Positions 12,314 to 22,100 of a DNA stretch of 64,000 nucleotides are shown piece by piece. Below the pieces are notes generated by a model. That model worked only from the letters and a program-made list of their open reading frames with translations, searched no databases and was not told where the DNA came from. This DNA is from an uncultured Gemmatimonadales bacterium (GTDB lineage Bacteria > Gemmatimonadota > Gemmatimonadetes > Longimicrobiales > Gaopeijiaceae), in assembly GCA_963823035.1 (NCBI GenBank), contig CAWGKG010000014.1, forward strand, positions 320,001 through 384,000, given 5' to 3'. Numbering within the stretch: the first letter of the stretch is position 1; the number at the start of each line of letters is the position of its first letter. The translations under genes and the position numbers were made by a program.

Positions 12314-12853
12314 TTACTCGGACTTCTCCTCGGGGGCCTCGGCCTCGCCCTCGGGGGCGGCGGCCTCCTCGCTCTTCGCAGCGGCTTCCGCTGTAGCGGC
12401 CTCGGCTGCAGAAGCCTCGGCAGCGGCGGCTTCGGCTGCAGCGGCTTCGGCAGCGGCGGCTTCGGCAGCGGCGGCTTCGGCAGCGGCGGCTTCGGCGGCG
12501 GCCGCCGCTTCGACCTTGCGCTTCTCGGCGGCACGCTTGGCGGCCAGCTCCTCGGCGCGCTTGGCCTCGCGCTCCTCGACGGCAACCTCGCCCACGGCGA
12601 CCGTGGCGTCCCCACCGCGGCGCGCCTTGGTGATGAGCGACCTCACCGTGCCGGAGGGCGACGCGCCCTGGCCGAGCCAGTGGTCCAGGCGGTCCATGTC
12701 GAGGACCAGCCGGGCCGGCTGCGAGAGGGGCTTGTAGTAGCCGAGGCTCTCCACGAAGCGCCCGTCGCGGGGAGAGAGGCTGTCGGCCACCACGATCCGG
12801 TAGTGGGGCTGCTTCTTCCGGCCCATCCGCCGGAGTCGAATTCGTACGGGCAT
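12314..12853 (-). CDS. rpsP: 30S ribosomal protein S16 with long Ala/Glu-rich tail
   Basis: [40 protein letters not shown]. Confidence 0.97.
   Translation of the reverse strand: MPVRIRLRRMGRKKQPHYRIVVADSLSPRDGRFVESLGYYKPLSQPARLVLDMDRLDHWLGQGASPSGTVRSLITKARRGGDATVAVGEVAVEEREAKRAEELAAKRAAEKRKVEAAAAAEAAAAEAAAAEAAAAEAAAAEAAAAEASAAEAATAEAAAKSEEAAAPEGEAEAPEEKSE
12400..12505 (-). repeat. 15-bp tandem repeat encoding (AEAAA)n in the S16 tail
   Basis: GGCTTCGGCAGCGGC-like units repeated on the + strand. Confidence 0.8.
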
Positions 12854-13189
12854 GATCCTGGACGATTCCTTGAGCGCGACCGGGTCCCGCACACGCGGCC
12901 ACCCGGCCCGGAGGCGTTGTACCTCCGGAAAGACAGACGTAAAGAATAACCGGACGCCCGGAGAGGGTCCAGACGACCCGCTCGACGGAGATGCAGGAGG
13001 GGCTTACCGCCCCGCACGAAGGCAGCCTCCACGCAGGTACCTGGTCTACCACACGAGCGCGACATCGGAGCGCAACACGCTTGCGCGATGATGCAGTCGT
13101 GCAACAGCATCGCACATCGCCGACGGCGCTTGGCGCCTCCGATTGCGGCGAGGCAGGGCCGGGGCCCCTATCGTGGATGAGGCGATGGC

Positions 13190-15178
13190 ATGAGCGCGTA
13201 CACGGACTTCTCGATCCAGATCGGACCGCTGATCGAGGGAGGCCGCATCCAGATACGGGCTGAGTGCGGTGGCGCGGCCGTCAGGCAGGCGGTGTCTCTC
13301 GAGACGCTCCCGGGCCCCGTCGGCGATGCACTGAGCTTCGTGGGCACGCGACAGGCCGCCGGATCCCCTCGCGACCTGAGCAACTTGGAGACGGGCTGGG
13401 GCCCGGCGGTTCTGGATCGGGAGTTGGGTGAGGCGCTCTACTCGTCGCTCTTCGGCGGAGAGATGGGCGAGCTCTTCGCGACCCACGCGCAGCCCGCCCG
13501 AGACGGTGGCGGGCTGCGCATCCGCCTGCAGTTCGACCTCAGCGACGAATCCGCTCCCCTCGCGAGCCTGCCCTGGGAGGCGATGAACCGGCAGGGCAAC
13601 CCGCTCCTGCTCTCCGGCGCGGTCTCCATCGTCCGCAGCATCGATCTTTCCGCAACGATTTCCGATCGCGAGTACGAGCCGCCGCTGCGCGTCCTGCTCA
13701 TCGCGTCGAATCCGTTCGGAGATCTCAAGCTGGATCGGGAACTGAATGGCATTCGCGAACGTCTGGAGCGGCGGGGCGTCTTCCTGGACGTGCTGAAGGA
13801 CGTGTCGACGAAAGGGCTGGGGAACCGGCTGATCGAGAACGACTACGACATCGTCCACTTCATGGGACATGGTGAGTTCGTCGAGGGGGTGGGCGCGCTG
13901 GCGATGGCCGGGGGCGAGATGGCCACGGGCCAGATGCTCGGACAGCTCTTCCTGGGAGAGCCGCGGACACGTCTCATCGTCCTGAACGCCTGCCACACGG
14001 GAGAGATCGGCAGGCTGCGCGGCCAGGACCCCTTTGCCGGCGTAGCCGCCGCTCTGGTGCGCGCCGGCCCTCCGGCCGTCGTGGCGATGCAGTTCCGGGT
14101 CTCCGACGACGCCGCCATCGACTTCGCCGACAAGTTCTACGCGGCGATCGTGCGCGGCGACGGGGTGGAGCGAGCGGTCAGCGACGGGCGTCGCGCGATG
14201 ATCACGCAGCAGGAGTGGGCCACGCCGGTCCTCTTCCTGCGCGGGAGCGGCGATCTGTTCCGAAGGGAGCCCGTCGCCGCCGTCGGCAGTCCCGCCTCGC
14301 AGGCCGGCGTCGGAAGCCCACTCGACTGGAACCTACTACCCTACATGATCGACCGCCGCCCCGTGGTCGAAGGACTGAGGCGAACGATCCGGCGTCAGAA
14401 GGAGCAGGCCTCCGAATGGCCTGTATTGGGGGTGATCCACGGGGACGAGGCACAGTGCCAGGAAAAGCTGATCGAGCGGCTCAAGGAAGAGGAGCTGCCG
14501 TACCTCCTGGATCTCACCGATACCGACGAGCCGGTCACGCAGTACTCCGTCTCGTGGCCGAGCGGGCAGAGGGACGCCGATGACTTCCGGGACGCCCTGT
14601 TCGCCAACCTGGCCAGGAAGGTCGGGCTCGGGGGGGTGGAGGTCGCGATCGATCGGGTGCTCGACAAGCTCGTTCCCTTCCCGGTGATGATCTGGACCCA
14701 GGTTCTGAGCGACGAGCTCGCCGCACCGAACTGCGAGGGGGCCCTGCACAACTACCTCGATTTCTGGCAACGGCTACCCAGGCGAACGGGGATGCAACGC
14801 ATCTTCGTCTTCCTGTTCGTCAAGTACCGGACGCTCCAGCCCACCGATGAGCTGGGCTTCTTCGCGAGGCTTAGGGTCAAGAGAGCCAACGAGGCGCTGA
14901 CGCGTTCGAACGGACACATCCGGGCCATCCTGTCCGAGTGCGGGAAGACGTTCGAGCAGTTCGACGGCGTCGTGCTGAGCGTTCTGCCCGAGCTGGAGGA
15001 GGTGTCCGAGCAGGACGTCGAGAACTGGGCTGGTGAAAACGACCAGCTCGACCTCCTCGACGACATCCGCGCGCTCTTCCGTGCCCAGGGGCGTCGCACG
15101 CTGTCGATGCGTGTAGTCGCGGACAGGGTCCTCGAGCTGATGGAGAGCCGAGACGGCGCGAAAGGAGAGGTGGCATGA
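13190..15178 (+). CDS. CHAT (caspase-like) protease fused to an inactive-STAND (iSTAND)-like C-terminal domain
   Basis: LASLPWEAM, DIVHFMGHG (His), IVLNACHTG (Cys), VVAMQFRVSD, EWATPVLF. The C-terminal LLPYMIDR..PVLGVIHGDEAQCQEKLIERL resembles a degenerate STAND P-loop. Confidence 0.82.
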   Translation: MSAYTDFSIQIGPLIEGGRIQIRAECGGAAVRQAVSLETLPGPVGDALSFVGTRQAAGSPRDLSNLETGWGPAVLDRELGEALYSSLFGGEMGELFATHAQPARDGGGLRIRLQFDLSDESAPLASLPWEAMNRQGNPLLLSGAVSIVRSIDLSATISDREYEPPLRVLLIASNPFGDLKLDRELNGIRERLERRGVFLDVLKDVSTKGLGNRLIENDYDIVHFMGHGEFVEGVGALAMAGGEMATGQMLGQLFLGEPRTRLIVLNACHTGEIGRLRGQDPFAGVAAALVRAGPPAVVAMQFRVSDDAAIDFADKFYAAIVRGDGVERAVSDGRRAMITQQEWATPVLFLRGSGDLFRREPVAAVGSPASQAGVGSPLDWNLLPYMIDRRPVVEGLRRTIRRQKEQASEWPVLGVIHGDEAQCQEKLIERLKEEELPYLLDLTDTDEPVTQYSVSWPSGQRDADDFRDALFANLARKVGLGGVEVAIDRVLDKLVPFPVMIWTQVLSDELAAPNCEGALHNYLDFWQRLPRRTGMQRIFVFLFVKYRTLQPTDELGFFARLRVKRANEALTRSNGHIRAILSECGKTFEQFDGVVLSVLPELEEVSEQDVENWAGENDQLDLLDDIRALFRAQGRRTLSMRVVADRVLELMESRDGAKGEVA

Positions 15179-16155
15179 ATCGACTGTTCAGGGGCGATCG
15201 AAGGCGCGCGACCGAGCCAGTCCAACTGCCCAGGCCAGGTCGACTCGACCTGCTCAGGGAGTCCGAGTACCTCCCGGACCCGGGGCTGGTGGACGCGGTG
15301 AACGTGGCGCTAGTGCTCGGCCAGCCCCTCCTGCTCACCGGAGAGCCCGGCACCGGCAAGACGCAGCTCGCCTACTATCTCGCCTGGGAGCTGGCTCTGG
15401 GCGACGTGCTGAAGTTCGAGACGAAGTCGAGCAGCGCGGCCAGCTCCCTCTTCTACACGTACGACGCCCTACGCCGCTTCCAGCACGCGCAGAGCGGGAT
15501 CGTCCACGAGAACGCGTTGCCCTACATCACCTACAACGCCCTCGGACGAGCCATTCTCCTCACGCGCCCCCGCGACGCGGTCGCGCAGTGGATACCGGAC
15601 GGGTTCGCGCACGAGGGACCGCAGCGATGCGTCGTGCTGATCGACGAGGTCGACAAGGCGCCGCGCGACCTCCCGAACGACATCCTGAACGAGCTCGATC
15701 AGATGTACTTCCGGGTGTCCGAGCTCGACAACGAGCCGATCCGGGCCGACCCGGACTTCCGGCCCGTCGTGATCATCACCAGCAACTCGGAGAAGGACCT
15801 TCCGGACGCGTTCCTCCGGCGCTGTATCTTCTACAACATCCCGTTCCCGGAGCGGGGTCGCATGGGCGAGATCGTCGCATCGCGGCTGGGCCGTTCCGCC
15901 GACGACCCACTTCTCGAGGCAGCGCTCGAGCTCTTCTACCGGTTGCGTGAGCCGGCCAGCGGGTTGAACAAGAAGCCGGCGACCGCCGAGCTGTTGGACT
16001 GGTTGCTCACGCTGCGCCAAATCACGAATGGCGCGAACCCCCTCGTGAGCGACCCGGAATCCGCCCTCACCACGCTTTCCTGCCTCGTCAAGCGCAAGGA
16101 CGATCAGGAGCGTGCCGTCCCCATCGTGAAGGCGTGGGCGAAGAGCCGGGCCTGA
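15175..16155 (+). CDS. MoxR-family AAA+ ATPase
   Basis: PLLLTGEPGTGKTQLA (Walker A), VVLIDEVDKAPRDLPNDIL (Walker B), ITSNSEKDLPDAFLRRC, KKPATAELLDW; ATGA overlap with the upstream gene. Confidence 0.95.
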   Translation: MNRLFRGDRRRATEPVQLPRPGRLDLLRESEYLPDPGLVDAVNVALVLGQPLLLTGEPGTGKTQLAYYLAWELALGDVLKFETKSSSAASSLFYTYDALRRFQHAQSGIVHENALPYITYNALGRAILLTRPRDAVAQWIPDGFAHEGPQRCVVLIDEVDKAPRDLPNDILNELDQMYFRVSELDNEPIRADPDFRPVVIITSNSEKDLPDAFLRRCIFYNIPFPERGRMGEIVASRLGRSADDPLLEAALELFYRLREPASGLNKKPATAELLDWLLTLRQITNGANPLVSDPESALTTLSCLVKRKDDQERAVPIVKAWAKSRA

Positions 16156-19100
16156 ACGCACGGGCGTTCGTCGACCCGGCGGCACTCGTCGACTTCCTCG
16201 ACGCGCTCCGTCGGCGCGGCTTCCGCATCGGCGGCGCGGAATACGTCGCCGCTCAGGACCTGATCGTCACGCTCACGGTGCAAGGCGTGCCCCTCGGGGA
16301 AGACGACCACCTGGAGCGCCATCTTCGTCCCCTGCTCTGCAAGTCGGCCCAGGAGCAAGAGGACTTCGGGACGATCATCGCGGCGTGGCGCGAGCGCCTG
16401 CTGCCCGGTCGCCGGTCGGCCGGCAAGGCCCGGCCGGCGCCGCCCCCCTCGGACCTCCACGCAGAAATCGCGTCCGCGGCGCGCGCGGGACGCTCCTGGA
16501 AGCGCATCGCCGCCGGGGTACTCGTGGCGGGCATCGCGATCACGGCCGCGACGCTCTGGAGCGTGGCGAACCGTCGGTGGACCGTCCACGTCGTCACCGT
16601 GCCCCAGGGCGCGACCGTACGCCTCGAGCGCTCCGAGCGCGAGGGCCCCCCGGGGGTGGGGGGCGCCACGGAGCGCCCCGTCGACGTGGTGGAGGCCGTA
16701 CGGGACACCATGCTCGGGGTGACGCCGCTCCGTTGGCTCGACGTCCCGCCCGGCACGCACGAGCTCGTGATCACGCTGGACGGGTACGCCGACACCACCC
16801 GCGTCGCCGAGGTTCGCGCCGGCCCCCTGTCTCTCTTCCGCAGGAGCCGGCCGGAGATCGACCTGGTCGACACCCTGCGCCCCCTCCAACGCGTCTTGGT
16901 GTCCATCGGCACGGATCCGGAGGGCGCCGATGTCCACCTGGAGCCGCTGAATTCCTCGCTGCGCGGCAGCGTCTCGGCGGACAGCTCGGGTCGGTGGTTC
17001 GCGCTGGAGGGCGTCTACAGTGTCAGTGCGTCGCTCGACGGCTACGAGGACCTGACGCAACGGGATACGCTGCGCCCTGGCCGCGCGAACTCGATCCACC
17101 TCGAGCTGCAGCGACGCCCGGTCGGTATCCTGTCCGCGGCCACCAGCCCGACCGGCGCCACGATCTTCATTGATTCGGTCGAGACGGTGACCACGGCGTC
17201 GGACGGCCCGGTCGCCACGAAGATCGACGCGGGCAGGCGCCACGTGCGAGCCCGGCTGGACGGATACGTGGAGCTCGACTCCGTGATCACGATCGACGAA
17301 CACGCCACGAGACCGATCGACTGGACGCTCCGTCCGCTTCCGACGTTCTCGCTTCAGGTCGAGTCCGCCCCGGACGGCGCGTCCGTCTGGATCGACGGCG
17401 AGCGGGTCGGAACCACGAACTTTCTGTCCGACGTCGATTCGGGTCCGCATGCGATCCGGATCACGCTGACCGGCTACGAGGAGTTCTCCGAGTCCGCCTT
17501 CCGGGTCGAGGCGGACACGTCTCTGCTGGCGACGCTGCACACGCAGCGGCGACCGTTGCGGCGCGTGACGTTCGGTGCGGACGGAAGGCTCGCCGCCGGC
17601 AACGCCGACAGCACGGTCGTAATCTGGGACGTGCGGGGACGCAGCCCGCTCCGCGCCATTCCCAGCAGCTCGATGCGGCTGATCCGGAGGCGAAGCGAGC
17701 GGACACCCGGGGCGACCTCCCCGAGCGGCACCGCACCTCCGGAGACCTCGCTTGGGGACGCCAGCGGCGGTCGCGGGGCCACGACTCGTCCGTCGATCGC
17801 CCCGGAGCAGGCCCCCGAGGCGGGGACGTCACGATCCTGGACGCTGGCCGTCCTCCCCTTCCAGTACCTGGGAACGGACACGACACTCCAAGCACTCGGT
17901 CAAGGGGTCACCGACCTGCTCCTCACGAGCCTTGCGCAAACGAACGGGTTGCGCGTCGTGGAGCGAGGGGCGCTTCAGCCGTTGCTCGAGGAGCAGCGCC
18001 TCTCCGCCGCCGGCCGCGTCGACGAATCGACCGCCGTACAAGTGGGCCGGCTGCTGGCAGCAGACCGCGTGGTCCTGGGCAGGATCGTGAGCGTCCAGGG
18101 GGGCCTGAGCCTCGATGCCCAGGTCGTCGATGCGCGCACGTCAGAGCAGCTAGCGTCCGTGCGGACCCCGCCCTTTGCGGTCGACGGCATCTTCGACGCG
18201 GTGCAGGACGTCACGTTATCGCTCCTGGACCGGCTCGGGGTCGAGTTGACCGAAGCCGAGCGCGTCCGGATCCGGCAGATAGCGACGGCGGGCGCCAAAG
18301 GGGTGGTCGCGACACCCGACGCGGTCTTGGGGATCGAGTGGCCCACTCTAGAAGGGGAGTCCGCGGATTCCTCGGGTAGCTTCTCGTTCCAGGATCTCGT
18401 TCAGGACGTGGCGGTCGCCCCCGACGGCTCCCGCGCCGCCGCGCCCGGCGAAGAGGGTGCCGTGAACCTGTATGCCCCCGGAGCGGATCCGGTGGGCATC
18501 CTCTCGGGGAACTTCGTTCCCATCCAGAGCCTCGCGTTCAGTCCGGACGGTCGGCTGCTCGCGCACGGGGACGCCGCGGGCGGCGTCTGGCTCTGGGTCG
18601 CGGCGCCCGAACCGATCCACGCCTGGCCGGCGCCGCGCGGCCCCGGGGCGACCGCGGCGCCCGAGATCGCGTTCGACATGTCAGGTGGCGACACGCTTGC
18701 GATTGCCGTCCAGGGCGTTTCGGCGGCATGGGATGTCGGTTCCGGTGCGTCGCTCCACATCCGGACGACAGCGGACTCGACCAAGGTGACCCGCGTGGCC
18801 CGGGGCGGTCCCGATTGGACCCGGTCCGCGTGGCTGGACGGGGATTCGACGGACGTGCTCCGTCGGCCCGGAGCTCCACGCGCACACGCGTACAGCCCGG
18901 ACTCGTCGATGCTGGCCACCGTGAACGAAGATGGCATTCGCCTCTGGCGCCACCAGGACCGCGGGCTCGTCGACGCCCTCCTCATGGGCGCCGCGCGCGG
19001 TGACGATGCCGGGCTGAAGACGGCCGCGAAAGTCGACGGCGCGTCGACCGTCGAGAGCATCGTGTTCAGTCCCGATGGGACGCTTCTGGCGGCGGCGGAC

Positions 19101-22100
19101 GCGGACAGCGTCCGCGTCTGGCCGGTTCGACCCGCCCGTGTGCTGGCCGGCGACAGCGGGGCGGTCGTAGGCAGCGGCGCCTTCGACTCCTCGATCCAGT
19201 CGCTGGCTCAGGGCTCGGGCGAGGCTGAGCGCTATCTCTGGCGTATCCGGCTGGGCAGCCACAACGGGGCCGTGACCAGCCTCGCCTTCAGCCCCGACGG
19301 GCAACGCCTCGCCTCCTCCTCCATGGACAGCACGGCGATCGTCTGGAATGTTGGCGCCGCCGTCGCGCAGGACACGATACGGAGCGGGGATGCCATCGAG
19401 AGCGTGGCTTTCAGCCCCGACGGCACGCGCCTCGCCTCCGCGCAAGCCGACTCGGTCCTCATATGGGACGCCGGCGGCAGCCGGCTTGCGACGGTGGTCG
19501 GGTGGCTTCGGACGTATTGGCTGGCGATCACGCCGCCGCTGCTGTTGATCGTGGCGGGACTCGTCATGGTGCCGCTTGGTTGGCGACGCCGGGCCGACCG
19601 CTTCCTCGGCCGCCGACGCACGACCGAGCCGCCGGACCTCATGAACGTGACCTTCGCCGGGCTGGAGTCTCCGTTGTTCCCGGAGGCCTCGCTGTTTCGC
19701 ATCGCACAGCGCTTCCGGCGACGGATCCAGGTCGACGCCCCGGATCTGGACCCCACGGGCACCGTCCGCGCGACCGTCGATCGGGCCGGCGTCTTCACGC
19801 CGGTGTACGCTCGCCGTCAGATCCCTCCCGAGTACCTCGCTCTGATCGATCGATCCACCCACGGGGACCAGCAGGCGCGCTTCATCGACGATCTGCTCGA
19901 TCGCCTCGTACGGGACGGCGTCTTCGTCGAACGGTACTACTTCGATCGGGACGCGCGGCTTTGCTTCCCGCGCGATGCCCAGGAGCGGCCCGTCGCCCTC
20001 CGCCGCCTGACGCAGCGGTTCCCGGGCCACCGGCTTCTGCTGTTCGCCGACGCCGAGACCTTCTTCAGCCGGGTGACCGGCCGGCGGGAAGCGTGGACGC
20101 GCCAACTGCTCACCTGGCCGGAGCGGGCGCTGTTGACGCCGGAGATCCCCGAGCGGTGGGGCGCGCGTGAGGAGGCGCTTCAGGACGACTTCCTCGTCCG
20201 CCACGCGAGCCCCGACGGCCTTCTCGCGACCGCCGACCGCGACGCGAAACTCGAGCGTGTGGGCTACGAGGGATCGTCGTTCCCCTTCCCGCCTGCGCTT
20301 CGCCGCCGCGGCGCGCGATGGCTCGAGCGGGATCCCGTCGGGCCCGAGGAGCTCGACGAGACCATCGCGGGCCTGCGTGGCTATCTCGGCGAGGCGGGCT
20401 TCTACTGGCTCGCGGCGTGCGCGGTGGGGCCGGCGATGAGCTGGCGGTTGACGCTCAATCTCGGCTACGAGCTGCGGGGAGAGGACGGCGAGCGCCTGTT
20501 GGACGGCGAGCGCATGCTCGCGCTCTCGCGGCTCCCCTGGTTCCGCAACGACTACATGCCGGACTGGCTCCGCGATCGGCTCATCGACGAGATGACCCCG
20601 TCGCAAGAGGCCGCGGTCCGCGGCGTGTTCTGGTCCCTTCTGGGCACCGCCACGCTGGGCCACGGCAACCTCAGCGATCTCCGCGTCGCCCGCGACGAGT
20701 CGCGCGCCCTCGGAAGGATCATGTCTCGCGTCCTCGAGCGCGTGCGGCACGAAGCACCGAAGGACCCTCAACTGAACGACTACCTCTTCGTTTCCTTCAT
20801 GGAGGAGGAGACCGCCGGCCGGCTGGCGGTGCGGGTCGGGCACGCGATGACCGACGTCTTCAACGCGCGCCGGGATGGGAAGGCGTCTCGCCGCCGACCC
20901 CGTGTGGAGCGGGCGCGGGGGATCGCGGCGGCGGTGCTCCCTGCCCTCGTGGCTGTCGTGATCGGATCGGTCTGGCTCTGGGGGGCGATCCCTCCTGAGC
21001 ATGCCGGCGTCGAGATCACGCCCGTCGCATCGCTGGCGGTAGACACGCCCATCCCGCAACCCGAGCCGCCCTGGGATGCTTCGCCCCTCCTCCGATTCCT
21101 CCTGTCGGTAGGCCCGGGCCTGGCGCTTCTGGCCCTCATGGTCGGGGCTGGCGCCAAGGTCGTACGGCCCGCGGCGCGGAAGCTACGTGCGTGGGTCGGC
21201 GGAGGCGTCGAGGCGCCGGGCTCCCTCGACTCGGATGTGCGTGGGGAGACCCCCTCGCCGATGCGGGCGCCGCGCCTGCCCAGGCCCAAGACCCTGGCGT
21301 TCGGGATCCCCGCCCTCGTGGTCGTCGCTGTGCTCGGCTGGATGACCGCGGGCTGGCTCCACCTGTCGGGCTGGCTCCTCTGGGTGGTCCGCTCCATGCT
21401 GTGGATCCTCGGCGGCCTGATGGTCGGGCTGCGGACTTTTGGTCGCACCCTTCCACGTCGGGTCTCGCTCGCGGCGGCGATCGCGGCCGTCCTCTTCCTG
21501 GTCGCGCTGGTCGTGGCCGCGCACCGCGAAGACGCGGCCCTCCGAGACGAGGTGAACGCGGCCATCGAAGGTGTGCAGGATCTCTCGCAGCCGCCTGGGG
21601 GCGTGATCGGCGAGGCGGAGCTCCAGCGGCTCGACGCGCTGCGCCGGGTCACCGCCCGACTGTCGCGGTGGGAGAACGAAGGCCGTCCGCTGCGTCGGTT
21701 CCTCCTCATGTATTCGGGCGACGAGCTCTACCCGCTCGCCCGACGCGCGTATTTCGCGCGGCTGCGGACGCTCATGTTCAGCCGCGCCTTCGAGGACGTG
21801 CGCGAGCAGCTGGCCAGCCTCCCGCCGGAGCCGACGCTCGACGAGTACGACCGTGTGTACCGCTCGCTCAAGGTGTACGTCGAGGTCACGGAGCGGCCCG
21901 ACCAGGCCACCGGCCCCTTCTTCGGTGACGTCCTCACCGAGCATTGGGCCGCCGGCGAGGACCCCGACAGCCTCTCGCGCTCGCTCGCCAAGGAGCAGTT
22001 CGCCTTCCTCGGCTCGGAGCTCCCCTATGGCAATCCGTACGACGAGGCGCAGAACAGCGGGTTGGTCAACACGGCACGCTCCTTCCTGGCGGACAACACC

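Noticed and set aside
12314..12560. Ala/Glu repeat tail of S16 as a novelty
   Set aside because: Low-complexity S16 extensions are common in GC-rich bacteria
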